Of a stretch of 64,000 bases of DNA, positions 13,846 through 27,039 are shown in pieces. The position numbers and the translations under genes are program-made. The stretch's first letter is position 1; each line of letters opens with the position of its first letter. Source of the stretch: Camelus dromedarius (taxonomy: Eukaryota); assembly GCF_036321535.1 (NCBI RefSeq), contig NC_087436.1, positions 119,228,001 through 119,292,000 on the forward strand, read 5' to 3'. Under the pieces are notes generated by a model. That model searched no databases and was not told the origin of the DNA. It was given only the letters and a program-made list of their open reading frames with translations.

Positions 13846-14950
13846 TTTTTTAATTGAAGTATAGTTGATTTATAATACTGCGTTACTTTCAGGTGCACAG
13901 CAGAGTGATTCCGTTATGTATTTTTTCCAGATTCTTTTCCATCATAGGTTATTACAAGATATTAAATATAGTTCCCTGTGCTACACAATAAATCCTTGTG
14001 GCTTATCTATTTTATAAATGGTGGTATTTATCTGTTAATCCCAAACTCCTAATTTATCCCTCCTGTCGCTTTCCTACTTGGTAACCATAAGTTGGTTTTC
14101 TATGTCTGTGAGTCTATTTCTGTTTTGTAAATAAATTCACTTGTATTGTTTTTTAGATTCCACATGTAAGTGATATCATACAATATTTGTCTTTCTCTGG
14201 CTGACTTACTCCATTTAGTATAATCATCTTTAGGTCCATCCATGTTGCTGCAAATAACATTATTTCATTCCTTTAATGGCTGAGTAATATTACATTGTAT
14301 ACATACACCACATCATCTTTATCCAGTCATCTGTTGATGGACACTTAGGTTGCTTCCATGTCTTGGCTATTGTAAATAGTGCTGCCATGAACATTGGGGT
14401 GCATGTATCTTGTCAAGTTTGAATTTCCTCCAGATACATGCCCAGGAGTGGGATTGCTGGATCATACAGTAAGTCTATTTTTAGTTTTTTAAGGAATCTC
14501 CATACTGTTTTCCATAGTGGCTGCACCAATCTATATTCCCACCAACAGTGTAGGAGGATTTCCTCTTCTCCACACCCTCTCTAGTATTTATAATTTGTAA
14601 ACTTTTTGATGATGGCCATTCTAAGCAGTGTGAGATGATACCTCATTGTAGTTTTGATTTGCATTTCTCTAACAATTGATGTGGTATTGAGCATCTTTTC
14701 ATGTGCCTGTTGGCTATCTGTCTTCTTTGGAGAAATGTCTGTTTAGGTCTTCTGCCTATTTTCTGATTGGGTTGTTTGGTTTTTTTGATATTGAGTTGTA
14801 TGAGCTGCGTGTATATGCTGGAAATTAATCTGCAGTCAGCTGCACTGTTTGCAAATATTTCCCCCAGTCTATAGGTTGTCTTTTCATTTTGCTTATGGTT
14901 TCCTTTGCTGTGCAAAAGCTTTTAAGTTTTATTCAGTCCCATTTGTTTAT
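13846..14950 (-). mobile_element. 5'-truncated LINE-1 3' end
   Basis: Reverse complement of the same L1 3' end as 470-2060 (ttgaagtatagttgatttata...); ORF 14643-14915 is ORF2p-derived. Confidence 0.9.
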
Positions 14951-14967
14951 TCAAAAAAATTTTAATG

Positions 14968-16505
14968 CTGTATTATTTTCCTGTGGATACCTTAATTGCC
15001 ACACACTGGGTGGCTTAAAACAACAGAAATCAATTCTCTGACAGTTTTGCAAGATAGAGTCAGAAATAAAGGTGTTGGCAGGGCCGTGGTCCCCCTGAAG
15101 TCTCTAGGAGAGAATCTTTTCTTGCCTCTTCCAGCTTCTGGTGCTTGTCGGCAATCTCTGACTTGTAGCTGCATCAGTCCAATCTCTGCCTCTGTTGTTG
15201 CATGGCCATCTTCCTCGTGTCTCTGTGTCTTTGCGTGGCCTTCACATAAGGACACCCACCATGGATCTAGGGCCCACCCTAATCCAGTATGATCTCAGCT
15301 TAACTAATTACATCTGCAAAGACCTATTTTTTCTTTTCTTTTTTTTTTGATTGAAGTATTGTCAGTTTACAATGTTGTGTCAGTTTCTGGTGTACAGCAC
15401 AATGCTTCAGTCATACATGAATATACATATATTCATTTTCATATTCTTTTTCACCATAAGCTACTACAAGTTATCGAATATAGTTCCCTGTGCTATATAG
15501 TATAAACTTGTTTATCTATTTTATATATACCAGTCAGTATCTGCAAATCTTGAACTCCCAATTTATCCCTTCCCACCCTCTTCCCCTCTGGTAACCATAC
15601 GTTTGTTTTCTATGTCTGTGAATCTGTATCTGTTTTATATATAAGTTCATTTGTCTTTTTTTTTTTTTTTTTAGATTCCACATATGAGTGATATCATATG
15701 GTATTTTTCTTTCTCTTTCTGGATTACTTCACTTAGAATGACATTCTTCAGGCCCACCCATGTTGCTGCAAATGGCGTTATTTTATTATTTTTTATGGCT
15801 GAGTGGGATTCCATTGCATAAATATACCACAACTCCTTTATCCAGTCATCTGTCGATGGACAGTTAGGTTGTTTCTATGTCTTTGCTATTGTAAATAGTG
15901 CTGCTATGAACACTGGAGTGCAGGTGTCTTTTTGAATTAAGGCGCCCTCTGGATATATGCCCAGGAGTGGGATTGCTGGATCATATGGTAAGTCTATTTT
16001 TAGTCTTTTGAAGAATCTCCATACTGTTTTCCTCAGTGGTGCACCAAACTGCATTCCCACCAGCAGTGTAGGAGGGTTCCCTTTTCTCCACAGCCTCTCC
16101 AGCATTTATCATTTGTCAGCTTGAATGAGGGCCATTCTGACTGGTGTGAAGTGATACCTCGTTGCAGTTTTGATTAGCATTTCTCTGATAATTAGTGATA
16201 CTGAGCATTTTCTCATGTGCCTGTTTGCCATTCATATGTCTTCACTGGAGAATTGCTTGTTTAGGTCTTCTGCCCATTTTTGGATTGGGTTATTTTTTTT
16301 TTCTCATTAAGTTGTATGAGCTGTTTATATATTCTGGAAATCAAGCCCTTGTCAGTCTTATCTTTTGCAAATATTTTCTCCATTCCATAGGTTGTCGCTT
16401 TGTTTTGCTTATGGTTTCCTTTGTGCAAAAACCTATTTTCAGTAAGGTCATATTCTGAGGGTCAGAGTGGATATATATTTGGAGATCACTATTCAGTCCA
16501 GTACA
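14968..16505. mobile_element. MLT1C-like MaLR LTR interrupted by an L1
   Basis: ccacacactgggtggcttaaaacaacagaaat...ctaatccagtatgatctc...catctgcaaagacctatttt, resuming after the L1 as acctattttcagtaaggtcatattctgagg. Confidence 0.75.
15330..16428 (-). mobile_element. 5'-truncated LINE-1 nested in MLT1
   Basis: Poly-T head at ~15327-15348; ORF 15875-16105 ([16 protein letters not shown]...CTPVFIAALFTIAKT) is ORF2p; acctatttt flanks both sides. Confidence 0.9.
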
Positions 16506-16509
16506 AATG

Positions 16510-17650
16510 GTAACTAGGAAATTTTTAACAAAATGAATGTAAAACCTTCATGCATAAAATTGTATTAAAATACATTAAGGAACAACTACCAACAGATTGA
16601 CAGAATTAGTATTGTAATTCTTCCAAATTGGGCCAACGAGTCAATTCAATCCCAATAAAAATTTCATTAGGTGAGTCTGTTTGATTGTTTGGGTCAAAAT
16701 TTAAAAACTGATTCAAATTTTAGATGAACAAGCAGAAAAGCCAGGACATTTCTAAAGAAAAAGAACCAGGAAGGGAAATTGCCATATGTAACCAGATATT
16801 AATACTTACTATAAAGCTAATTTAGTCATTGTCAATTTAATCATAGCTCAGAGATACAGACCAATGGAACAAATATAAACACAAGCAAAAATGGAGACTT
16901 GACACATGACAGATGTTACTTTGCAGACCAAAGGGAATGGATAAAATATTCAGTAAGCAGGGCTAGGATAACTAGCTGTACATGTGAGGAAAATTGCGAT
17001 TAGATTCCTGCCCCAAACTCCATTTCCAGATGGATTACCCATAATAAGAAAAATCACATGCTAAATAATTTAGAAGAAAATATGAAGGAACATTTTTATG
17101 ACTTCAGAGTAGAGAAGGGTAATGGGTGTGTTTATGGGTTGATGAATAAGTTTTAAAACTAGAGAGCTGGTGGTCACATCTCTAAATGTCCCTGAATTGT
17201 ACACTTTAAAGTGGTTAATTGCATGTTACATGAATTTCATCTCAATTTTTTTTTAGGCTAGAGCATTCAAATTCATAGGCACAGAAAGTAGAATGGTGGC
17301 TTCCAGTGGTTGTGGGAGAGGGGAATGGGGTCTTATTGGTTGATAGGTACAGAGTTTCCATTTGGAAAGATGAAAAATTTCCGGAGACAGATGGTGGTAA
17401 TGGTTGCACAACAGTATGAATGTACTTAAAGCTGCTAAACTGTACACTTTTAAATGGTTAAAATGGTAGATTTTCTATTATGCATATTTTACCATAGTTT
17501 TTAAAACTTTCTTAAACTAAAGTTTTGTGTTTATCAAAGAAGCCTTAATCAAAGTGGAAAGTGGAAGCACATACTCTCTACTATCTATTTAACTTTTCTG
17601 TAAACCTAAAAGTTTTCTAAAAACTAAAGTCTATTTTGAAAAAAAAAATG
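16510..17650 (+). mobile_element. old L1M fragments (ORF2 and 3'UTR)
   Basis: Degenerate L1 text (gaccaatggaacaa, cagaaagtagaatggtggcttcc, gtacacttttaaatggttaaaatggta). Confidence 0.65.
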
Positions 17651-17914
17651 TAGTCAAATCTCAGTTGGAAGATTGCAACACACATCTTAGCAAAAAAAAA
17701 AAAAAAAGAGGAGGAGAACTGAGAGAGGGAGGGAGGGAGAGAGAGAATCCAAAATGTAGGAACACACAGGTCAGAGGAGAATAAGGCTGAGGCAAGGCGT
17801 GGGGGGAGCTTTATTCACGTTCCCCCATCCTTAGGTTCACGACCAACTTTCTTCTAACTATATACAAATGTTCTGCAGACTAAACTTCAAGCCCCACTTT
17901 CAACCCGACCCCTC

Positions 17915-19595
17915 CTGCACTAGTTTTCTATTGCTGCTGTAAGAAATTACCACAAATTTAGCAGCTCAAAGTGACACAATGTATTCCCGCAGTTCTGAAG
18001 GGCAGAAGTCCAAACTGGCTTAGCAGTCTGCTTTGCTTTGGGTCTGACAAGGCCGAAAGCAAGGTGTTAGCTGACTGGCCTCTTATCAGGAAGCTCTGGG
18101 AAGAACCTGCTTACAGGCTCCTCCAGAGTGCTGGCAGAGTCCGGTTCTTTGGGGATGCAGGACTGAAGTCCCCAAGCCCTTGCTGGCTGCTGGCTGAGGG
18201 CCACCCCCAGTGCCTAGAGCCCTCTCTCCGGTCCTTTTTAAACTCTCAGATCTTCAATAATGGGCGTTTTTAAGTCCTTTGTCATTTCTAGACATTTATT
18301 ATTTTATTCCAATGCTTTTACAAATATGGTTTATCTTAAGATTCATGGAAAGACTCTGTCTTACTCTAGAGTCCATGTTTCTGATAAACTTTCAGATCAT
18401 ATTACTGAACTGGGAGTAACGACAATTCAATGTCTGGAAGTGATTAACCACCAGTATGAGATTCTTCCTGATAAGGATCCATGCCTATTTTGAAGACTGC
18501 CTAAGATTCGCTTCCTAAAGTGGCTCTTTGTTGTTCACTTGTGGCCACAAGTTCTCTAAAGATACACCTTTCACACAACCGCCTCCTTCCCTCCTCCATG
18601 GAACGTGACTCTGGGGATGAGCCTTCCCAGCACTGAGGCTGTTGATACCAACGCCAAGTAACCAAATGATTGGTTATCAATGCTTTCTAAAGAAAGATCT
18701 CGATCAAAAGGGAGTAAGTATTGCTGAGAGCTCTCTGGAGTGGAGCCAAAGGCTATTAAAGGAGTGTGACTTACACTCATCTCTAAGGGTGAAATCTGAC
18801 TTTTTGATCTGATGAAGTCATCCAGAATCCCTGCCAGAAACTCAAGATGCTTATCGGAAACTTGCCCTAAAATAACCTTTGACAGTGTATCTACTTATCG
18901 GGCCCCCACTCTAAAACAACTTGTGATTCCTTAAGGATAAGTACTTTCTGACTCAGGTCAGAGTCAGTCACAGTTCTTGCCAGGCAATTTTTAACAATCT
19001 CATGGCTCTTTGTGTTTATAAGCCCCTGACTCTTTCTCTTCCTCAGAACACTCTTTCATGGTTACCCTGAATCTGTGTCTTCCAAATTGCAATTCCTAAG
19101 ATCCCAAATACACTCTTTTCTTATTTGCAGCCTCCTGCACTATTTATTTTGGTTGACACCTTGCACATGGCTGCCTTCATCTCAGACCCAGCCATGGTAC
19201 CTCAGATCCTTCTCATGCTTTAGATTTGTCCAAAATCTCTCAGACAACAAGTTGTGAAGCTAGAGTCCAAACCCCCTTACATCTCAGAACCAGCATCAGC
19301 ACATTCGATTATCTCATGCTTGGAATATCTCTGATTCCCTCCTGCTTTCCTTTTCTACCCCATTTTTCTAAATCCAGCCCAAGAACATTCTTTGCTTTAA
19401 AGGGCAGAGATTGAGCCCACTTGGATGATCCAGGCAAAACTCCTTATTTTATGACCCTTAACTTTGTTTGCATCGTCAAAGTCCCTTTTACCATGTAATA
19501 TATTCATAATTACAAAATACGTAGTTCACAATATAATCTCAGTTTCTTGGGATCAGGATACGGACATCTTTGGGGGCCACTCTGCCTTCTGCACC
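17915..19595. mobile_element. MLT1-like MaLR LTR split by an ERV1 LTR
   Basis: ttttctattgctgctgtaagaaattaccacaaatttagcagc... resumes at 19159 and ends ggacatctttgggggccactctgcc. Confidence 0.7.
18237..19158 (+). mobile_element. ERV1-class LTR (MER34-like) with 4-bp TSD CCTT
   Basis: CCTT at 18233-18236 and 19159-19162; TATAA near 19017; ends ggttgaCA. Confidence 0.65.
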
Positions 19596-19912
19596 TCCCT
19601 AGAGGTCTTGGTGCCCAACCTCACTAGGTACAGGTGGGGACACTGAGGCACAGAGAGCTATCTTCCGGCTGTTATCTAATTTGCCCAAAATTTCCCAGCC
19701 AGCAAGTAGTGGAGCTACAACCCAAATCCCAGATCGGTCTAATGCCAACACTTTTCCCTCAACCACCAGATTATGCAGTCTAATAATACTACTACTTGCA
19801 TCCGCTTGGTGCTTTTGCAAGTTTACAATGCACTTTTGCACCCATTTTCTCACTTAATCCTCTCAGTGGCTCTGATGGGTATCCTGCCATAGGACTACTG
19901 ACTCCATTTGAT

Positions 19913-20817
19913 TGTCAACTGAAAGAAAAATGCACAATGTAAAAGTTGTGGGTTGAACTTTATTCAGTTTGTTACTGAGAACTATAGCCCAGGAAACAGC
20001 CTCTCAGATAGTTCTGAGGAACTGCTCTGAAGAGGCAAGGGAGGAGCCAGAATAAAAACAGTGGGGCCCACTTGCCACTTTCAAAGTCCAATGACCCCCC
20101 TCTATTCCTGGGCTCTCAGATGTCTGCCTGTGATCCCTGAACAGAAACAGTACATTCTTTACTGGGCGTGTTTGCCCTAACGAACTAATAGCCCCAGGTC
20201 ATGCCTAATCTCACAATAGCTCAGGCTGGTTTGTTTCAGCTCATTTTATCAGAGTCATAAATCCCACTGCCCTTCACTGACCCTAAACTTCTTACCTCAC
20301 CTGCAGCCAATCAGAGACTTGTGCACAAGCTGATCAGGAACCTTGTGACCCTACCTTATAAAAGACCCCAACAACCAACCCTCCAGGCTCACACAGACAT
20401 CTCTTGCCTGTGTGGCCCACCGATGTCTGATCTTTATTAAACTTTTTTTTGTCTCTAGTAAATTTTTTTACTGCAGGCACACCAGCCAGCCCAGTCCCCT
20501 AACACATACAAAATTTTTTTCTGGGGGAAAAAAAAAAACACGTTTCAAACATCAAAAGACTAATCGCAAAGAACATCTCAAGTTAATGGTTTTAGTGCTT
20601 TTCTATGTGTGGCAATATGCAAGAAATCTGAGGGGGCTGAAATTTTTCCTTAGATGTGTATCTTAACCAGCTAGGAGCTAGTATATCCAAAGCACAAAAT
20701 GCTTCCTGTGTTTCTATCCTTTATTCCTCACTGAGTGAACTGTGAGGAGGCAACCACAGTGGCTGATGGTTTTATCCTGGTAAAACTGCAGTGGCAGGCA
20801 ACGTTTTTTTCTTTACA
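19913..20817 (-). mobile_element. MER41-like ERV1 solo LTR with TGAT TSD, containing a nested LTR
   Basis: TG...CA termini; TGAT at 19909-19912 and 20818-20821; similar to 27845-28256 (acatctcaagt..tttagtgcttttctatgt). Confidence 0.75.
20055..20504 (+). mobile_element. nested ERV LTR
   Basis: CCAAT near 20307, TATAAAA near 20357, ATTAAA near 20436, ends ctaaCA; interrupts the MER41-like LTR. Confidence 0.6.
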
Positions 20818-21199
20818 TGATCTACTGGAAAACTGAGGCCCAAGAGTCCTGAGCACTTGTGCAAGCAGGATCCCGCCTCCTCACCCCTGCCAACCCCAAA
20901 CCCCCAATCTTTACTGTTAGTGTTGGGATGGGAGAGAACCACAGGGCTAGGACATAAAACTTATTCATTTGTCCCTTCCAGATAGTACATGTTAGGATAA
21001 ACCAAAATTTACTGAGCCCCTGCTGGGCCTAGGGTGAGACTATGGACAGAACTGAAGATGAGGATTGCACCCTCCAAGAACTCTCTTCACAGACAATACA
21101 CTTTGGTACAGATTCCACTTAAGTACAGTTCTCCTGAGGACCCACTCTTGGCCAGGCGGCTCCAACTCAACCATGCCCTTGACTTGAGTTCAGTGAGGA

Positions 21200-21761
21200 T
21201 GTTGCAGAAAAGCGTGTGACAGCTCAGTTGTGACAGCAACCTGAATCTGGGCGAGAGACCAAGCAGCAGTTGGAGAGTTGGCGAACTCAGGTTTATTACA
21301 CCAGAAGGCCCAAGTGACTTAACACTCCAAACTCTGGCCCCTGTCTATAGGGTTACATAGGCTTTTATAGGCTACCAGTTCAGACTTTGCAACATTTTGT
21401 AACATGTAAACAAGGTATAACAAAGGTGACTAATTAGGAACAAGCGTTGTAGAAGTGGACCAATCAGGAGAGAGGGAAATGGACCAATCAGGAGTGAGTG
21501 AAGTGGACCAACCAGGAGTGAGAGAAACAACCAATCAGGAGTGAGCTCCATGCAAATGAAGCACTACAAATGGACCAATCAGGAGTTCGCTCAGGGAGCC
21601 AATAGACTTTAAGGGGTAAATTCCACTTTCCTAGAAGTAAGCCTCTCAGAGGCAAAAAGTGAAATGAAGTTGCTGGGCCAGGGAACCAGATGATGCTGGC
21701 AGGAGAGTAGTGGCCCTTCCTGGGGGTCTTGCGGGTCTTTTTTATGGGGCTTCCCACCTCA
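21200..21761 (-). mobile_element. ERV1 solo LTR with tandem CCAAT repeats and octamer
   Basis: TG...CA termini; tandem ggaccaatcaggag units 21457-21603; ATGCAAAT 21550-21557; homologous to 38481-38923. Confidence 0.85.
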
Positions 21762-21779
21762 AGGGGAGGAAGGGAAGGG

Positions 21780-22660
21780 CAGCCGGGGCCTTCGCGGCCC
21801 TGGTGTTTGGTGTAACTCTGCATTTCTGGTGTAGAAAACCCACTTTTGAAACTCGGTGTTAAAACCCATGCCCTGAAGACGCGACGGCAAGGGAAGGGCG
21901 CGACTGGGAAGGGGAAGGCGCGTCGCTAACGCACGCCCGCCGCACGCGGCCTGAGACCCAGGCGCCCCGCCAGCACGCGCCTACTCAGGGGCCCCACTGG
22001 GGGCACGGCCGTAAAGGGGTCCCGGCGTGTCGTGAAAGGGGCCGCGAAGCGGCAGAGCGCCGGTCGGCGGCTGGGGGCCACTTTGGGTGTGGCTTTCGTG
22101 GCTTTAAGGCAAAAAGCAGATGTTTATTAAGAAGCCTGCGAACAAAACTCAAGAACCTGTTGCTCGCCACAGCAGCGCTTCCGCCGAGCCCCGCGCCAGG
22201 CAGTAGCAGCCGGCCGGCCGGTCCCCCGGGCCGGGGCGCGGGCGGCCAACGACCACTGGGAGAGGCTCCCGAGCCCCGCGCTGCCCGCCCACCGCCGGGC
22301 CGCCGCCGCCCTCGAGCGCGAGCACGTGCGCGCACCTTGGGGCGGCCGGAGGCTGGGGGGCAGCGGGAGCCTGCAGGGCGCGGTCGCCAGCGAGGAGCAG
22401 GCCCTGGACCCCGCCCACAGGCCGGCGCCGAGGCGGAGGGGAGGGTGACGAAGCTGTGCGAGGAGGCGGAGAGGAAGGCGGTGGAGGCTGCGCTGATAGG
22501 GAGGAGGATGGCGGAGCTGCACCAGCAGATCCACGGCTGCGCGTGTTACCGACGGACGCGGGAGCGGCGGGGAGGCGGGCTCGCCGTAACGCCCCGCGCC
22601 GCAAGGCCGCGTCCGCCCTGAGCGGCGGGAGGCGGCGGGGGCAATGAGGGTGGGACCGTG
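21780..22660 (+). promoter_or_regulatory. CpG island of MRFAP1L2-like locus
   Basis: Very high CpG/GC; 20-bp block cgtgtcgtgaaaggggccgc (22026-22045) identical to MRFAP1 7003-7022. Confidence 0.85.
22230..22552 (+). pseudogene. MRFAP1L2: MRFAP1L2/LOC93622-like paralog, frameshifted, no initiator ATG
   Basis: Frame at 22311 reads LEREHVRAPWGGRRL...ASEEQAL (MRFAP1 LTREHGRAY...ASEESAL). A different frame reads EAEGRVTKLCEEAERKAVEAALIGRRMAELHQQIHGCAC. The expected stop position reads CGA (22550-22552). UTR homology to MRFAP1 extends to ~23990. Confidence 0.75.
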
Positions 22661-25600
22661 CCAAGCTTTTCCCTTAGGTAGCGTGTTATTTTTTAATGTT
22701 GCTGATTAGAAGAAAATGATTTGCTGTGTCGTTGTGAAACGTAGAGACCACTTCCCACTAAAATGTCTGCAGGATGCGGACCAGATCAGTCACTAGGGTG
22801 AAAACCTAGGCCATCGGGCCAAAAAAAGAAGAGGGGGCTCGTTACAGTAGTGCGAGAAGAAAACTTGCAAATACTGTGATGAAACGGCCCGGTGTCAGAT
22901 GACCTCAGAGCATTTTGCTTGGGTGGTCGGAGTTGTTTGCCTTAGTGATAAGAGAGTCTTAGAATTAACGTTGTGATGAATTTCGCCCCTTGTCCTCTAG
23001 GTTATCCGCTGAGGGACTCTATTCAGCTGCTAAGGAGGACTGACTGCTTGGTGAGGCTGAAACCAAGAGAGCCTTTCTTTTTCTCTCCCCACCTTTTCTA
23101 TTTGCGTTTTCACCGTGTTAAACGCCAAATCTCCAGTACCAGTGTGGTAGATGATTTCAGTATTATATCCGTCATAGGTGAACCTTGATGATTAGGTGCA
23201 TTCAGGTTGGAAAAGACAGCTTTTAATTAAACGCTCTTACATAAAGGAATAGGGCCTAGAGTGTAAGCTGCTGTGTGGTCATATTTTTGTACTGTGATTT
23301 TATTTTATTTTTAAAGTTTGAAAGTATCTTTCTTGTACTTTGCTGTTTTTTAATGCTTCCTGGAATTTGGGACCCATGAAAGGAGCTGGAAGTAAAAGTT
23401 ATGCGAGAAAGGAGACCCTATTTGGCTGCAGCTGCTGAAGCAAGAACCCAAACCCCAGTCAAGGGTGTGGATGCCTCTTCTTTGGACAGGATTGAGAAGG
23501 CCCAGAGGGCTGCTGGGCATGGAGAGTGGTGGTGTGCGGGTGTTCAGATTTTGTATTTCATCTCATCAACGGAGGGAGCTGTGTTCTTTTGGTTTTCTTT
23601 GTTTTTTCAGAATTACAATTTTTCCGTGGCATGTTAACTGATGCACATCACGTGACCTGTCTGGTGAGTAACCTGGAAGAGGGCATGAGTTCTAGGTACT
23701 ACATGGATTTGCTGACTTTGGGGTAAAATGTTTCCACATACTGTAGTTGTGGGCTTAGGGGCTTCTTGCCACAGATGCACATGACCTCTGCAGAGGCCCG
23801 GCAGAGTTGGGAGGATAGCGCGGAGCTGGCCGTGGTAGGCCTCAGCCCGAGAGTAGGAGGCATCTTCCAGGTTTAGATGATGTCCAGCCTCGGTCGTCAG
23901 AGCAGACCCCACAGGGAATGGGTTCAGAGCTCTAGCTTGTTATGATAAAGTTCATTTGCTTAGAAACACAAATGCTGAAAGCCTGTTTTTAGAATCTTTG
24001 TGCAAATGACCAAAGCCACTGAGTTGGCCAATAAAAGGTGAGATAAATAAACTTTTTCCAGAATGAAAATTTCTCGTTTGTTGTTGTCATTGTCAAAAGG
24101 AGGTCAGACACTTTTGATTTAGGAAAAGTGTTCAGAAGCCTGTAGCCCAGAGGAAGGTTTGATCTACAGGGGCTGTAACAAGTGTGGGGAACAGGAAGGG
24201 ACCTCATGAAAGCATTTGGTCTGGCCCCTGCCTTCAGGGAGCTGAAGTTCATTCAGTCAGTTAACATTCACTGTGACCATGTGCCTCTCCAGACACTGCT
24301 GGGCATTAGGAATTTCCAGGAGAAGCAACCTTGTAGGTTGAGACAGGTCCATGAACCATAATTACAATACAGTATCCCCAGTGCTGGTCTTTGATTTGAC
24401 ACATAAATTGAGTGCCTGCAGGTGCTGGGGTCCGTCAGGGAATGAAGTGCTTGCACACTTGGACCTGATGTTCATAAGAAGCTTAGAACAGTGCCTGATA
24501 AGTTTGGGATCATAAATGTAAACCAGTCCTGCTGTAGGCAGTCAAAAAGATATGGGTACCCTGTGTTCATGCTGTGGTAGAAGCACTGTGGAGGGAGTCA
24601 GCTGAGCTCAGGGAGTTTGAGGAAGAAAGTTTTCCAGACCAAGGACTCTTGGTCTGGGCCTGGGAGTGTGAGCACAGCTGCCCAGGCACTCAGGATCCAG
24701 AACTGGCCCAGGGTCCATCCACAGGGAGAAGTGTGGCATAGCAGAGAGGGTTTGGGGTGTTTGGAGAGTGCAGGGAGCTGATGAGGGAGTAGGAAGCGTG
24801 GTTGCGGAGGTCTTCGTGTGACTCTGAAGAGTTTAAACTTGATCCTGTGTGTCCAGGCTTCTCCACCTGGGGCCTTTGTGTTCTGGGCTGTACCCACTGC
24901 CAAGAGATACTCTGGTACATTCTGAATAGTTACTTACTTGCATGTTTGAAAGAAAAATATTTTTGTAACTTTCACTAAACGACATGCCACTCACTAAAGA
25001 AGTTTCACACTTCGGGCTGCTTATGGCTCTGCCCTGGGCCCCTGGAGCAGTGCTGTTCAAACTTAAGGTGCATCTGAACCCCTGGGAAATGGACAGACAA
25101 GGCTGTGAATTTGGAGGTATCACGGCTATAATTGCAGAAGGGAAATGGGGCCTGACCTACCGCCTCCCTGCCTTAACTTCCTTTGCCTGCTTGTGACGTC
25201 TGTCAGGATTGGAATTGCAGCAGACAATTTCAGATCCAGCCCGGCCCCCAAGTCTGTCGTCCTTGGCTTTTAGAAGGGTGATTGTATCTTCTGCCGTGGC
25301 TTAACCAGTGGATAACAGCCCAGACCATTGTGAATGCAGCCAGACAGGGCTGGGGTTGCCAGGACTGAGGGTCTGCACATCCCCTCTCTCGGACCCCTAG
25401 CCTCAGGGTCCCTTTCCTGGCCAGACGGTGGGTGACTGTGCAGCAGTGTCAAATGGAGAAGGGCAGGAGGTGGAAATACGGGTATTCTTTGTGAGCCCCT
25501 CTCTTTGAGTATGGTGTCTTTTAGGCAAACATGCTTTTAGTTCAAAGAAATACATTTCCCTTTTTAGATAAATGGTACCTGGGATGGTTACTTTTGCTTT

Positions 25601-26782
25601 CAGCAAACTCATGAAGAGGAAAATCAGTCTCTAGGATACAGATGTGCTGGAATAAGTCAAATTCTAAGGCCACTCAAGGGGCCCAAGTGAAAACAGCACT
25701 GATCCTGTCTCTGCTGTTACCCACGGCTGAGCCCCTGCAGCTCCCGGCCGTGCCAGGGTGTCGGCTGTGTGGAAATGAGAAGAAAACAGGTCTGTGTTGT
25801 GCAAATCTACGTGGGATCAGATACTAACATACCTTGCCTCATTTTCGCAAGTTTCAGAGATCTTTATTATCCTCATTGCTCAGGGGAGGCAACCTGGGCT
25901 GAAGAAGCTCTCAGGGACTTGCCCGGGAGTGTTGAACTGACTGGTGCCAGAGCTCCTGGCACAACATCCACTGGCCCCTGGCGTGCCATCTGCCCCTTCT
26001 CAGCACCCAGGTCTTCGCCGTTTTCAAAATAAAAGCCCCCAGTGCAGAGCACTCTGTAGAGGGATGCAGCCACAAGCGCCAACTGAGTTGCGGGCCTCTA
26101 GGATGTTGCAGGAACAATCCGTGAAGGACCATGTCTAGTCCGAGAAGTGTGAGAGTCCCTGGGGGCTGGGTGGGATCAGGGAGCCCGGGTCCCTCCTCCT
26201 GCCCGTGTCCCAGGTTCCAGGTGTCCTCCAGCAGACCCCGACCAGCTGATTTCATAGAGTGGATTTGCTTATTCATTTGTTCATTTATATATTCAGCAGA
26301 TATTTTGCTGGCAATGTACTAGGTCCTAGGGACACCAAAGAACAGTTGGCTCCCTGGAGAGTCATTGACCCATTCATTCATGCACTTGAATATGTATCGA
26401 TGAGCTGATATGTGCTCCACCCTGGCTAAACCTTGTAGCCCCAACTTTACCACAGCTGCTGCCTTCAAAGGGCTTGTTCCCCTAGTGGGTGAGACGAGCA
26501 GTTTAACGGACCGCACCTGTTGGGTGAGAAGTGCTGGGGGTTAGAGGGCACGAGGGCTTATGTAACCCAGCCGGGCAGTGGGGAGGGCTCCCTGGAGGAA
26601 TCACAGACCTTGTGTTAGGTGATCAGTTCTACATGGAGGTGGCGAGTGGGAGAAGAGGCTACGTGGGGTTCCAACCCTTATGGCCCCATCCTCTCAGTAC
26701 AGAACTGCTGAGGCCTCTGCATCTGGGTGTTTCCTCAGCTAAGCTAACCCCTTGGATGAAGGCATTTGGGGTTTGGGGCACC

Positions 26783-26905
26783 ATGAGGGTAAACTGGGGA
26801 CAACCAAGTACATGAAATGTGCACCTTGGGACCCAAGGGCAGTATCCAGTGTCTGAGCCCAGAGGAAGGGAGGAAGCTCGGGGAAGAGCTGACAATACAA
26901 CAGAC
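26783..26905 (+). pseudogene. S100P: S100P exon 1 remnant (indels, no GT donor)
   Basis: gcaccATGagggtaaactggggacaaccaagtacatga aligns to recalled human gcaccATGacggaactagagacagccatgggcatga with a 2-nt insertion. Downstream GSIQCLSPEEGRKLGEEL resembles GSTQTLTKGELKVLMEKEL. The upstream 5'UTR is also similar. Confidence 0.55.
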
Positions 26906-27039
26906 AGTGGATGGCGCAGGAGGCACGGGCTGGGGTCGCAGGGCTCGTTCCACTCCTGACCCTGCCCCTTGCTCCATCTGTCACCTTGGGCAAGTCTCTT
27001 CCTGTACCACTGTAAAATGTGGATTTGCACTGTCTTGTC

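Noticed and set aside
21457..21603. Spaced ggaccaatcaggag repeats resembling a CRISPR array
   Set aside because: Mammalian DNA; these are U3 enhancer repeats of an LTR with related spacers.
22160..22621. 153-aa ORF as an intact MRFAP1L2 protein
   Set aside because: TTG start; the N-terminal two-thirds is out of frame with the homologous region.
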